Shown here: positions 35,411-48,319 of the stretch, in pieces
How positions within the stretch are numbered: the first letter of the stretch is position 1
Layout: each line of letters opens with the position of its first letter
NCBI RefSeq assembly: GCF_006345805.1
Contig: NC_042999.1
Coordinates: 50,902,001-50,966,000, forward strand
DNA: 64,000 nt
Origin: Octopus sinensis
Lineage: Eukaryota
Direction of reading: 5' to 3'
Position numbers and translations under genes: made by a program
Notes under the pieces: generated by a model
What the model was told of the DNA's origin: nothing
Databases searched by the model: none
Seen by the model: the letters and a program-made list of their open reading frames with translations, nothing else

Positions 35411-37161
35411 TATATGTTGGTGTGTACCCTTGTTTTAATACCATTTGATGACTATAAACAATCACTGCCATACAAGCAATGATGTTCGCTTCCAGTTTTC
35501 CACGAAGAACACACCTAGCAATGTGTGTTATTACCTTACTTGGAAACAAGTGAAGGTTGGTGACAGAAAAGGCATCCATCAGTAAAAACACTGCATCTAC
35601 AAATTCCATTGAAACATGATGATGATGATGACGATAATGATGATAATGACAATGAGAAATACCTTGAAGCTAGCATTTCCAGCATAACTTCAGCCACAAT
35701 CGCTCTAGCCAACTAAAGAGCTTGCCTATGTAGTTTGTTAAAACTCAAAATCACGATCTTGTGATCATTGATCTTGTGAAATTGAATCCTAAAAACAATC
35801 TCATTTTTATTTCATAATCACTGCAATTACCATCATCAGCATCTATTTTGTTTCCTTTTTCTATGATTGCATCAAGTAGTTTTAAAAATTATATTCCTTT
35901 GAGTTTTTTTTTTTTTTCTTCTCTTGTTTATACATTTATTTATTCATTTTTCTTCTCTGCCAATCCATTCTTTAGTACAGGTCATCTCACTGCAGATAAT
36001 TTTTCTTGTCTAGGTTTGCTCTCAAAACAATTTAATAATATTTTTTTTTAAATAAATGTTTATATGTTTATATAAATAAACTTTTTGAATTATTTCAATC
36101 ATACAAATTACCTTGTGAAAAAAAAAAAAATGAAAATATTGTTTGTTTTGTTTTCTCAAAAAAATCTCTGTGATATTGAAATTGTGTGCATTTTGAAGAA
36201 TATATTGATTTGGTTCAATGATTATGGTAGATGGCAGACACAGGAATTAAAATTACTGAAATGTTGCAGGGAAAATATATATATATGTATACATATTTCT
36301 GAGTGTTCATTGACATCAGGTTATATTTCTGAATTGATGCAAATCAATGTTATTTTGAATCTAAATTACTTCCAAAAGTATTTTAAAAGAAGTTTTACAC
36401 TTAAAGAATGTAAAAATTAGAAGTGTTTTTTAAAGTGATAAAATTTAAAAAGTTGAAATGAAGATTCAAATAATTTATAGATTAAAATAGAAATATATAA
36501 ATAATATAAATAATATTTTGAATAAGGTTTCTGATTAGAACCAAAAAAACAAAACATCCCTATCAGTAATTATTAATGCTATTTTCAATAGCTGATTTTT
36601 GCCAAAAATTTTAGCTATATTTTCTTTTAATCAATAAGAAAACTCAAATTCTGTCCCATTTGGTATTTCCTTATCAGTTACCAGTTGTTGTTAATCAAGA
36701 AGTTGTATGGTATATTTAGTATCTTGTTGCAAAAGTAATAATTCACAAATTATCTACAAATATATGTGTGTATATGTTGAGTATCTTTTATGTTTTAATT
36801 AGTATTTAGTAAAGTTCATAGAAGAGTAAGGAGTGAAGAATTTAATGTCATGGAGCTCTGATTCTTTGTATGTTACTGAGGAAAAGAGACAGAAAGGGAT
36901 TATCCCTTGGATTGTGGACAAATAAAATTGTACTTTGTAGTATGTGAGATATTTTATCCTGAATTCAAATCTTACCATGATCAGCTTCACTTTCCATTGT
37001 CACAGGGTCAAGGAAATAAGTACTACTTAAGTATTCAGGTTACTCTAATTTATTGTAGCCTACCTCAAAAACTGATTTGTGGTAGTCTTGTGTCCATATT
37101 AAAAATTCTCGTTACTTTGAGTAAAACATAATTGTGCTGTTTTAACCAGAGTATAATGGTG

Positions 37162-37164
<3 letters not shown>

Positions 37165-37204
<40 letters not shown>

Positions 37205-37745
37205 CCATCATTTAATGTTCGCTTTCCATGCTAGCATAGGTTGGATGATTTGACTGAGGACTGGCGAACCAGATGGCTGTACCAGGCTCCAATCTGATCT
37301 GGCAGAGATTCTACAGCTGGATGCCCTTCCTAACGCCAACAACTCCGAGAGTGTAGTGGGTGCTTTTACGTGCCACTCAGGCGATACTGGCAACGGCCAT
37401 GCTCAAATGATGAAGAGCCAGTCCAGTGGAACTGGTAATGACCTCGCTCTAATGTATTTTTCACACACCAGTAAGGCAACGCTGGTAACGATCACGCTTG
37501 AATGGTGCTTTTTACGTGCCACCGGCATGGAAGCCAGTTAGCTGCTTTGGCAACAATCATGCTCAGACAGTGCTCTTAGCACGGATGTCAGTCATTGAAC
37601 TTGATTTTGATTTCACTTGACTCAAGCAGAGTTTAGTGTCCAATGAAGGAAAGGTATGCATAAATGGGCTGGTTACACCCCTTGCATAGGCCATGAGGTT
37701 ATGGTCTCACTTGGCTTGCCGGGTCTTTTCAAGCACAGCATATTT
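37165..37745 (-). mobile_element. RTE-type LINE 3' end including the ORF C-terminus
   Basis: Reverse complement begins AAATATGCTGTGCTTGAAAAGACCCGGCAAGCCAAGTGA = KYAVLEKTRQAK*, then the 3' UTR hairpin units, GGAAGGGCATCC and a (GAT)n tail. Confidence 0.85.
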
Positions 37746-38240
37746 TGAGAAAAAAGCATCTTATGTCATTTTGAGCTAAGTATCATTGTATTATTCTAAG
37801 CTGAGTATCCTTTTATCATTTTGAGCTAAGCATTATTATGCCATTTTAAGATGAGCGTATTATGTTATTTTGGGCTGAGAATCACTGAGCTATTTTGAAT
37901 TGAGCATCTCCATGCTATTTTGCACTGAACAACATTGTGCTGTTTTGAGCTGAGCATTGATTGTGCTGTTTTGAGCCGAGCATTGATTCTGCTGTTTTGA
38001 GCTGAGCATAAATTGTACCATTTTGAGCTCAGCACATATTGTGCTATTTTGAGCTGAACATAAAGTGCACCATTTTGAGCTGAGTATCAATTATATTATT
38101 TTGAACTAAGCATAAATTGTGCCATTTTGAACTCAGTATCATCAATTATATTTTGAACTAAGTATAAATTATGCCATATTGAGCTGAGCATCAATTGTAT
38201 CATTTTGAGCTGAGCATCCTTGTGTCATTTTTAGTTGAGT
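37741..38240. repeat. Diverged ~25-bp minisatellite, roughly 20 units
   Basis: Conserved core ATTTTGAGCTGAGCAT followed by a variable ~9-11 nt (e.g. AAATTGTGCC, TGATTGTGCTG). Confidence 0.9.
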
Positions 38241-39311
38241 ATTCTCATGACATTTTCAATCTACTGGAATTCTTTTATGTTGTTCCCATTATCTATAAAA
38301 CTCTAAATCCTACAACTCAAAATTCTCTCCACTCCACACACACTATAATGAGATACTCTGAGTCTAATTTAGAAACTATCCTGAGAAAATGGAATCATTT
38401 TAGTACGCATAAACAGCAAAAGTACTTTATGGAGAAATGTGCAAATTCTAACAACATTTCCTTATTTCCAGCATCCGTATAATATTTCACAACTACCACA
38501 GAACAAATTATCGACAATCAATGACCTGTGAATTACGAGTTTAAATGCAAATTATTCTCACTTGTCATATACTGAGATTAATCAGATTAATTAAGATTAA
38601 ATCTGTGAGCTGTTAAATAAGAGATAAAACCTGAATTTCTCTTCGGTAACTTCTTAAGAGCAAAGATTTAATACCTTACCAAATGAACTTTGAAATTTTC
38701 ATACATTTTGCAGAATGGCATCAAGTGTTGTATGAAGAACAGGTTTTTCAGGAAATCTTGCACAAAATTTTTCAGTGAATGATTTTAGGAACACACACAC
38801 ACACACATATGCACATTCAATTTATTTGTTCCAAAAAGATCTGGATATTAGTTTCTTTAAGAGGTATAACACTTCGTTGAGTTGTTAGAGCATCAAATGA
38901 AAAGCTGTGCAGTGTCTTTCCTGGTGCTTGACATCCTGAGTTCAAATCCTGTGAAGGTCAAGTTTGCCTTTCATTCCTTCAGTCTCAGTAAATATAGTAG
39001 CAATCTCAGGTGGAGGGTCGGCTGGCAGAAATGTTAAAAGTATTGAGAAGGATTCCTTGTCATATTTCATCTTTTATCCTTTACTTTGTTTCAGTCGTCG
39101 GACTGTGGCTATTATGGGGCACCACCTTGAAGAATTTTGGTTGAATGAATTGACCCTAGTACCCATTTTTTTAAAGCTTGATACTTATTCAATCAGTCTC
39201 TTTTGTCAAACTGCTAAGTTACTGGGATGTAAACACACCAACACTGGTTGTCAAGCAGTGGAGGGGGACAAACACAGACACAAAGACACACATACATATA
39301 TATACATATAT

Positions 39312-39368
<57 letters not shown>

Positions 39369-39370
<2 letters not shown>

Positions 39371-39694
39371 AGGTGCATGGCTCAGTGGTTAGAGCGTCGA
39401 GCTTATGATCGTGAGGTTGTGAGCTCGAATCCCTGACCAGGCTATGTGTTGTGTTCTTGAGCAAGATACTTTATTTCACGTTGGTCCTGTTCACTCAGCT
39501 GTAGAAATGAGTTGCAACTTCACAGGTGCCAAGCTGTATTGGCCTTTGCTTTTCCCTTGGATAACACTGGTGGCATGGAGAGGGGAGGCCGGTACACATG
39601 GGTGACTGCTGGTCTTCCATAATCAACCTTGCACCTGGGAGGGTAACTTTCTAGGTGCAATACCATGGTCAGTGTCATGACCAAAGGGGGTCTC
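39369..39694 (+). mobile_element. Family D SINE, full length
   Basis: GAAGGTGCATGGCTCAGTGGTTAGAGCG ... CATGACCAAAGGGGGTCTC. Confidence 0.9.
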
Positions 39695-39716
39695 AAATAT
39701 ATATACATATATAATG

Positions 39717-40091
39717 GTATTAATAAAATAGATGGAAAAAAAAGATTTTATTTAGCACGACACATGTTTGGGTCTTTTCGGGTATATAAATAAATAAAGA
39801 AAATAAAAAGTCTCACTAAAGATTCGGTTTTATGTTATTGCCAAATGTCCATCAACTTTGGAAATGAGTAAAAAACAGAATTTTCACGTTCATATTTGAA
39901 TTTTTCACGTTTCAACTTTTCTGTTTTTTACTAATTCCCAAAGTTGATGGACATTTGGCGATAACGTAAAACCGAATCGCTAGTGAGACTTTTTAGTTTT
40001 TATTTATTTATGTACCCGAAGAGACCTAGAATAGGTTGAAACATGTGTTGCACTAATAACAATCTATATTTTTCCATCTATTATATTAATA
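39717..40091. mobile_element. Penelope-like inverted-repeat element (~165-bp arms) with hammerhead motif
   Basis: 39717-39880 is the reverse complement of 39919-40091. The right arm carries GUAC-CCGAAGA-GACCU(AGAAU)AGGUU-GAA-ACAUGUGU-U (40012-40053); the left arm lost part of stem II but keeps the GUC triplet. Confidence 0.8.
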
Positions 40092-40178
40092 CTGTTACCT
40101 CAACCACCACTATGAAGTTCCTGCAATCTACAGATAATAACAGGTAATCAAAACAGTGCTGGTGCTTTACTCATCATC

Positions 40179-40589
40179 CTTTTACTCTTTTACTTGTTTC
40201 AGTCATTTGACTGCAGCCATGCTGGAGCACCACCTTTAATCGAGCAAATCGACCCTGGGACTTATTCTTTGTAAGCCCAGTACTTATTCTATCGGTCTCT
40301 TTTGCCGAACCGCTAAGTGATGGGGACGTAAACACACCAGCATCGGTTGTCAAGCAATGCTAGGAGGACAAACACAGACATACAAACACACACAAACATA
40401 CACATACATATATATATGCATATATACGACAGGCTTCTTTCAGTTTCTGTCTACCAAATCCACTCACAAGGCATTGGTCGGCCCAGGGCTATAGCAGAAG
40501 ACACTTGCCCAAGATGTAACGTAGTGGGACTGAACCCAGAACCATGTGGTTGGTTAGCAAGCTACTTATCACACAGCCACTCCTGTGCC
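40179..40589 (-). mobile_element. Family A SINE, full length
   Basis: Reverse complement of head, core and tail. Confidence 0.9.
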
Positions 40590-40950
40590 TATCCACTTAT
40601 ACTTTTTGTATAATTTCTCCATTATATATGTATATATATATATATATATATCGTATATACACACAATGGGCTTCTTTCAGTTTCCACCTACCAAAACCAC
40701 TCGCAAAGGCTTTGTCAGCCCAAGGCTATACAAGATACTTTCCCAAGATGTTGTTTAGTGGGACTGAACTTGGAACCATGTGGTTGGGAAGCAAGCTTCT
40801 TACTGCACATCCACACCTGCACTTTATGTATAATTTTGTATAAAGTATAAATATAAAAAATATATTTTATGTAGTTCAAATATTATCCATTATAAAACTC
40901 AAGTTGTGAAGAGTTAAGGGCAAAACTCAGAATAGACATATATTGTATAT

Positions 40951-41333
40951 GGAAGCACTCCGTCGGTTACGACGACGAGGGTTCCGATTGATCCGAATCA
41001 ACGGAACAGCCTGCTCGTGAAATTAACGTGTAAGTGGCTGAGCACTCCACAGACACATGTACCCTTAACGTAGTTCTCGGGGATATTCAGAGTGACACAC
41101 AGAGTGACAAGGCCAGCCCTTTGAAATACAGGTACAACAGAAACAGGAAGTAAGAGTGAGAGAAAGTTGTGGTGAAAGAGTACAGCAGGGATCACCACCA
41201 TCCCCTGCCGGAGCCTCGTGAAGCTTTAGGTGTTTTCGCTCAATAAACACTCACAACGCCCGGTCTGGGAATCGAAACCGCGATCCTATGACCGCGAGTT
41301 TGCTGCCCTAACCACTGGGCCATTGCGCCTCCA
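40951..41333 (-). mobile_element. Family C SINE, full length, with 11-bp target-site duplication
   Basis: ATATTGTATAT at 40940-40950 and 41335-41345. Reverse complement head GGAGGCGCAATGGCCCAGTGGTTAGGGC has B-box GGTTTCGATTCC; CpGs retained. Confidence 0.92.
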
Positions 41334-41619
41334 CATATTGTATATACACATACACATTTGTGCATGTGTGTGTGTTAGTAAAGATGTCCTATAAATCAGT
41401 GTGTCATGTGAAACCAACAAAAATAATATGGAGTTAAGCTTGGCTGAGTGGTTAAGAAGTTCGCTTCACAACCAACAGGTTCAGGTTCAATATTACTGCA
41501 TTGCACCATGGGCTACAGTCTTATACTATAGCCCCAGGTTAGTGAATTTAGTAGATGGAAACTGTACAGAAGCCTGTCATAAATACATGTGTGTGTGTGT
41601 CTCATTGATCAGCAACTAA

Positions 41620-42240
41620 TATTCAAGCTGACAAAATCATTAGCACATCAGACAAAACACTTAATGGTATTTCAGCCATCTCTATGTTCTGAGTTCAAAT
41701 TCTGCCAAGGTCAACTTTGCCTTTCATCCTTTCAGCGTCAATAAAATAAGTACCAGCTGAGTACTGGGATTGATGTAATCAACCATCCCCATTCCTCAAA
41801 ATTTCAGGCCCTTGTGCCTTTAGTAGAAAGGATTATTTTGGAAAGGGGCAAACAAGTTAGCTTAACAGCACATCATTTATCTTTACATTCTGAGTTCAAA
41901 TTCTACTGAGATTGCCTTTACCTTTCATCATTTTGGGATTAATAAATTAAGTACCAGTTGCATAATGGAGTCGATGTAATTGACTAGACCCTCCGACAAA
42001 TCTTAGACCTTGTTGAATGGTGAGCAAATTGGTTGAATCATTAGCACACCAGACAAAATGCTTAGTGGCATTTCATCTGCCTTCAAATTCTGAATTCAAA
42101 TTCCATCAAGGTCAACTTTGCTGTTCATCTTTCAGGGATCAATAAAATAAGTTTCCAGTCAAGTACTGGAGTCAATGAAATCGACTTCTCCTTCCCCTCA
42201 AAAACTGCTGGCCTTGTGTCAAAATTTTAAGCCATTATTA
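41620..42240 (+). mobile_element. Three head-to-tail family B SINEs
   Basis: TTCTGAGTTCAAATT...TTTGCCTTTCATC block recurs near 41686, 41889 and 42088. Confidence 0.8.
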
Positions 42241-42944
42241 CTTTTAAAATGGCAAATAGCATTTGTCTCACAAAACAAATTTTTATTAAATTTTATTAGA
42301 AGACACCCTATCTCATGGAATTCCTGAATCTTTTTTGACAGAACCCTAACATTCCACTTAATCTATTTTGAGAAACACCAGACTAGGAGACCAATTTTTC
42401 TAATGCCATTTAATGCATCATTCTAATGCAATTACGAAATTCAGTGGAATAGAGCCCCAGAATAGTTAAATTTTATCAGATAAAATTGCTTAAGTATCAT
42501 GATATCACAGATTATTTGAATAATATTTTAGAAATTTTATATTTATAAATTTTACTACATCATTCAAATATCAGATTGAAGATATTAGATTCTAAAAAGA
42601 TACCAATATTCAATTCCCTACATGTTAAGCCATTTTTTAATTACTTTTTATCTTTATTTTTACAGTTTTACAAGAGATTCGATTTTCTAGAAAATTAGCA
42701 GATTTATATAAATTCTCAAAACAAATGGGTGAAGTATGTTGGGATCAATTGTGAGATATCAGATAAAATGTCTTGTAGATTTTCATTTTGTTCTTTTACA
42801 CTGGGTTCAAATTCTGTCTGCATTGACCTTGCCTCTCATATTTCTGAGGTTGATAAAATATGTACCAATCAAGAATTGGAGGGAGTCAATATATAACCTA
42901 CTGTGTAATCTAAGTGGCAATACTGCAGCATAACTACAGTCCAA

Positions 42945-43138
42945 TACTCTTTTACTTGTTTCAGTCATTTGACTGTGGCCATGCTGGAGCACCGCCTTTA
43001 GTCGAGCAAATCGACCCCAGGAATTATTCTATGTAAGCCTAGTATTTATTCTATCGGTCTCTTTTGCTGAACCGCTCAGTTAGGGGGATGTAAACATATC
43101 AGCATCGTTTGTCAAGCCATGTTGGGGGGACAAACACA

Positions 43139-43192
<54 letters not shown>

Positions 43193-43439
43193 CGACGGGC
43201 TTCTTTCAGTTTCTGTCTACCAAATCCACTCACAAGGCTTTGGTCAGCCCAAGGCTATAGTAGAAGACACATAAATACACAATGGGCATGTTTCAGTTTC
43301 TGCCTACCAAATCCACTCACAAGGCTTTGGTTAGCCCAAGGCTATAGTAGAAAACACTTGCCCAAGATGCCACTCAGTGGGAGTGAACCCAGGGCCATGT
43401 GGTTGGGAAGCAAACTTCTTACCACACAGCCACACCTGC
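42945..43439 (-). mobile_element. Family A SINE with a duplicated internal segment
   Basis: TTTCAGTTTCTG.CTACCAAATCCACTCACAAGGCTTTGG...GGCTATAGTAGAA.ACAC occurs twice (~43203 and ~43290). Confidence 0.85.
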
Positions 43440-44364
43440 TCCTTTTATATTAAATTAATATAAAGCTAGGTTTGTGTGTCACATAGCTAGCTAGAGGTAA
43501 TGGCCTCTTGGAGCTAATCAACATTCGTCCTATATTTCTGGACTTCATATTAGCTTGGCAATAACTATTAATAATATGAAGCTATTAATGTTATGTAACA
43601 AATTGTCTTGTATACATGGGCACACATTTTTCTTATCATATACAGTGAGTAAACTGGGTAAATAAACTAGTAAAAAGTAGAGTGTAAATATAGAGGAAAA
43701 TAGCTAAGAAACACTGATTCAAAGTTAGAACCAAATATTGCTTAGGCTTGCTGGGTTTTAAAAGACCACAGATCTTCAATATATTCCTGAAAAATATAAA
43801 GGGATCTACATGAAGTACAGTCAACGGCAACACATTCAAACAATATTTAATCATGCGACTACCTAAGAATTTGAGTGATTCTGCATTTCGGCAAGAAATG
43901 CATATAACATACATATGACAATAGAATATCAAACCCATTTATTTACTAAATACAACCAAGAAAAAGAAAGCTGTTGCAACATTGATAACAGTACCCAAGA
44001 TTGGTTACAGCTTTCAGGCTAAAACTAGATAAAAAAAAAAAAAAAGAAGAAAAAGAATGTTTGCTCTAAAATATTCTACTTTCAGAAATAAAGTGAACAT
44101 TTTTGCTCCTTATTTAAGTTTTATCACATACCTTGAAACGAAACCTCATTTGTGTACATTTTTATACAGCAAAACCATAAAGTAAACTAACAAGAAAAAA
44201 TAGGTCCATAACTGTCAAAATTCCACGAGAGCTTATTCTAGAGTAAAACAAAAAAAAAATCGATATTAATCATAAGAAGTGAAAGAAATGATAACACAAT
44301 AGACGAGAATATCAAAGAACTTAAATAACATAAACCTATACAATAAATGTAACCTTAACATAAG

Positions 44365-44407
<43 letters not shown>

Positions 44408-44707
44408 TATGCGTATATGTAAATACATATATATTATATGTATTATATATATATCTTTATGTAGGATCGATCCATCAGCCTATTTGTTAGTTGTGACAAT
44501 GTAGCTGATGGACAGACAGATGTGTAGGTAAATGGATGGATGATGAGATACACTCACACATACACACACACATATATGCACACACAAACACCAGCACACA
44601 TACACACCTGCAAATATGACTGAACACAATGGAAAGGACAAAAGCTAAACAAGACTAGCAATGTACAGAAATCACTCCACATTTGTATAAGATATGGCAA
44701 CATACAG

Positions 44708-44780
44708 TTGTAGTAGTGGTGGTGGTTGTAGCAGTAGTAGTAGTAGTAGTAGTAGTAGCAGCAGTAGCAGTGATTGTGGT
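44708..44780. repeat. (TAG/TGG/CAG)n trinucleotide tract
   Basis: Direct reading. Confidence 0.9.
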
Positions 44781-45999
44781 GGTGTACAGTACTTTGATTT
44801 TCTTGGTTGGTTTTTTTTTTTTTTACTTTGTTTTGTTTTTGTTTTTGTTTTTTTTGTTCTTTTGCCTTTTGTAAGATAGTCGTCTCTCAGAAAGACCAGA
44901 CAGAGCTCATAACCAAATGTAAATCAATGTGGAAGGTACGACTAGATGACGTTAACGTGGTTAATCTTCAATTTGAATTGTTACATGCTCTTGCATGGTC
45001 TAGGGAATTTCTTGCAGTATGTCGGAATGTGCTTTTACTCAAATGGATTGAGACAGAAAGTGAGATAAAACTGACTCTAGTAGAGACAGACAGGTTGATA
45101 CAGGCAGAGAAAGGTTATAGTCGTGTTGGGGCAGTATCGTCAGGAAGTTCTTCACAATTTTCCGTCATGTTAGTAGCGTCAGCATTGTCATCAATGTTTT
45201 ATACCACAAGGCATATACTATACCATATTGATACAACGGTATGGTGCACAAGATATGTAATATGATAACAAGATAACATGATAACTTGATAACATGAAAC
45301 AAAAATATGTATTGGAACTAGAACAAGCAGATTTAGTTGCAGGGAAAATTAAGTCATAATAAGACTGTGTGGGTAGAATGTTTGGCCAGGAATCATAATT
45401 GTTTTGAATGCCAAAGTATTTATTAATCAGATCAATTGCGGTTGGCAAAGAAGAATCGAAATGGATTCCAAGAAATAGATCAATCTTACTTAGCTTACAA
45501 CTGTTATTAGTTCTCCAATAACAGCAACATATTTGCAGAAATAGCACAATGCTGGATTAAATGTTGTTCAGATACATGGTTTTGTTTTGTTCTTTTACAT
45601 TTGTAGTTCAAATCCCAATGGATTCAGTTCGTTTTTGCCTTTCATCTTTCAAGTGTCAATGCAATAAGTACCAGATATTTTATCTGTCAGTTCAATGAAA
45701 TATTGAAGAAGTGTTTTGAGAAATTGATCAAAATTCATGGCATAACTGTGTGGCAGGTGTAGGCATGGCTGTGTGATGAAGAAAACTGATTCAAATCCAT
45801 ACATTTCAAGTTCAATCTCATGCATGGTACATTCCACAAATATTTTCTACTCTAACTAGTTATTTGCCTAGTGAGCAAATGTAATAGGTAGAAACTATGT
45901 GAAACCTTCTTGCAGAAATGTGAAAGGAAGACAGAGAGAGAGTGTGTGTATACATACAAATACATAAAAGGAAGCTGCATGTATAATACATAATTTAGA

Positions 46000-46325
46000 A
46001 GCAGTACTACGGATGTACCAGCACACACGAGATTGAGACATGGCCGACTTCATGCACTTCTCATGAGGAATTCCGGAAGGAACTTCGTGAGATCAATGCT
46101 GAGATACTGAGTGTCAGTCACTACCATACAAGAAGTGTCATTTATTTCCAATCTTCTGTGAAAACATGTCTGACCACAATGAACTATTACCTTACAGCGA
46201 AAGAAGTGAGGCTGATGACAAGTTGGGTATCCGATAATACAAAAACTGTCTCAACAAACTCCATCCAGCCTATGCATGGAAAAGAGGACATTAAAACAAT
46301 GATGATCATGATCATGGTCATGATG
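46000..46325 (+). mobile_element. Degenerate RTE-tail-type repeat variant (also near 18300, 19280 and 35460)
   Basis: TATTACCTTA...GAAGTGAGGCTGATGACAAG...TCAACAAACTCCATC...CATGGAAAAGAGGACATTAAAAC(ATG)n aligns with 35490-35640. Confidence 0.6.
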
Positions 46326-46436
46326 GAGAAGAAAAAGAACCAGTAACAGTCACATGAAGAGAGTGCAATTTTTGCAATAGGCAATCAAGAATCCCAGGAC
46401 TCTAAGCATTGAACCACATCAGCAAAAATAGCCAAA

Positions 46437-46839
46437 TCTCTATATATATATAAAGCTGAAATTGTCTGTGTATGGCAGGTTTGGTAGCCTTCAACTAACA
46501 CTATCTCCTCCGAGACCCTGCGGTGCAAGTTAACCAAAATTGAGAGTATGATAGAAGAAGGCTTGCTCTTCATTCCGTAGAAGAAAAAAATTCAAATTGG
46601 ACCATGTTAATACCAAAAATTATTTACATCAAAAAGGTGCTTTTTTCTATGAAAATCCCTATTTTTTACGATTTTTTTTTACTGCTGTGTCGCCATTTTT
46701 CGGTGTATTTCAACCAGAAAAATGTTCCCTTAAAGAGAATAACAAGCTACAAAATGCAAAATTTTTACTTTTCAAAAATTCCAATTCTAAAGGGGTTGAA
46801 AAGAAAACAAGCCTGAGCAATGCTGGGCTATACTGCTAG
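46437..46839 (+). mobile_element. Non-autonomous Helitron
   Basis: A|TC 5' end (TCTCTATATATATAAAG), 3' hairpin CCTGAGCAATGCTGGG, then CTAG|T. Confidence 0.85.
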
Positions 46840-47384
46840 TTGATGATAAATGAAAGTTAAGAGCAAAATATAAGCAAACAGAGTTGATATGTTATAGTGT
46901 AAGGAAACAAAATGGCTATCAATGTTACAAGCAGGAAACCGTTTGTTAGGATAAAAGAATTAAACAAAGATATCGCAGTAAGATATAAAAAAAAAAATTA
47001 ATAGAAGATTTTGCAGTGAGTAGATGAAACACTGGATTTCAGCACAAAAAAATTTTGGATTCCCATGAGAGATGTATTTTCTGAAATCTCTGAAAAGGGT
47101 ACTTTTAAAATTTTTTAAATAGAATTTGTCACAACTAATTAATGTTTGCCTGGATCTCAAATATAAGGGGAAAAAAATGCAGAAATTCTCCCTCTTTCTC
47201 TCTCCCCGTTGTCTCTCCATTTCCTTCCTCCCCCCTCCCACACACACACTGCATTGAATAGGAAATAGGTCTGACTGTCTTAAATCTTAATATTGAAGGA
47301 GTCCAACAACATCAAGCTCATTATGTATGTGTTACATTAATTCCATTTGAAAAATTAAGTGAACAAAATTTATTTTTTTATTCA

Positions 47385-47796
47385 GGAGTGGCTGTATGGT
47401 AAGTAGCTTGCTAACTAACCACATGGTTCCGGGTTCAGTCCCACTGTGTGGCATCTTGGGCAAGTGTCTTCTGCTATAGCCCCGGACTGACCAATGCCTT
47501 GTGAGTGGATTCGGTAGACGGAAACTGAAAGAAGCCTGTCATATATATGTATATATATATGTGTGTTGTGTGTGTGTGTGTTTGTATGTCTCTGTTTGTC
47601 CCCCTAGCATTGCTTGACAACTGATGTTGGTGTGTTTACATCCCCGTCACTTAGCGGTTCGGCAAAAGAGACCGATAGAATAACTACTGGGCTTACAAAG
47701 AATAAGTCCCGGGGTCGATTTGCTCGACTAAAGGCGGTGCTCCAGCATGGCCACAGTCAAATGACTGAAACAAATAAAAGAAAAGTAAAAGAAAAG
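47385..47796 (+). mobile_element. Family A SINE, full length
   Basis: GGAGTGGCTGTATGGTAAG ... GACTGAAACAAATAAAAGAAAAG. Confidence 0.9.
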
Positions 47797-48227
47797 TCAA
47801 GTTATAAACATTTTTCTTTGGCATATCTACAATATATCTATACAAAGATGCATGCCTAGCTGTGTCATTAAAAAGTTTTTTTCTTTTCCCCAATAATACT
47901 GTTTCAAGCTTCAGTTCAGTCCCACTATGGGGCACCTTAGACATGTGTCTTCTACTTAACCTTGAACCGACTGAAGCTTTGTAAGGAACTTTGGTAGGCA
48001 GGAACTGAAAGAAACCCATCATAAGCACTCAGTACACTCTGTAAAGTAGTTGGAATTAAGAAGGACATCCAGCTGTGGAATCCATGACAAAACACTAAGG
48101 GTGCAGCCCTTGTCCTTGCCAGCTCCTATCAAACTGTCCAACCCATGCCAACATGGAAAATAGATGTTAAATGATGACAATGATGATAATGATAATATAT
48201 ATATATATATAAACATATATATATATA

Positions 48228-48281
<54 letters not shown>

Positions 48282-48319
48282 AATGATGATATATATATAT
48301 ATATATATAAATCTTATGT

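Noticed and set aside
37741-38240. CRISPR-like look (constant core plus variable spacer)
   Set aside because: Linkers are only ~10 nt and related to each other, the host is a eukaryote, and there are no cas genes.
44807-45547. ORFs 44807-45265 (+) and 45218-45547 (-), and a minus-strand membrane-like ORF rescued by two homopolymer frameshifts
   Set aside because: No recognisable homology, the rescue needs two assumed errors, and an 8-nt periodic run in the middle is inconsistent with coding.
46020-46075. Short 18S-like words CACACGAGATTGAG and GAGGAATTCC
   Set aside because: Their spacing does not match 18S and the intervening sequence is unrelated; treated as coincidence.
45999-46346. ~115-codon open frame QYYGCTSTHEIETWPTS...EEFRKELREINAEIL...
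   Set aside because: The 3' two-thirds aligns to an RTE-tail-type repeat seen at 35.5k and 18.3k, the acceptor is weak, and no domain is recognised. The first ~100 bp remain unexplained.
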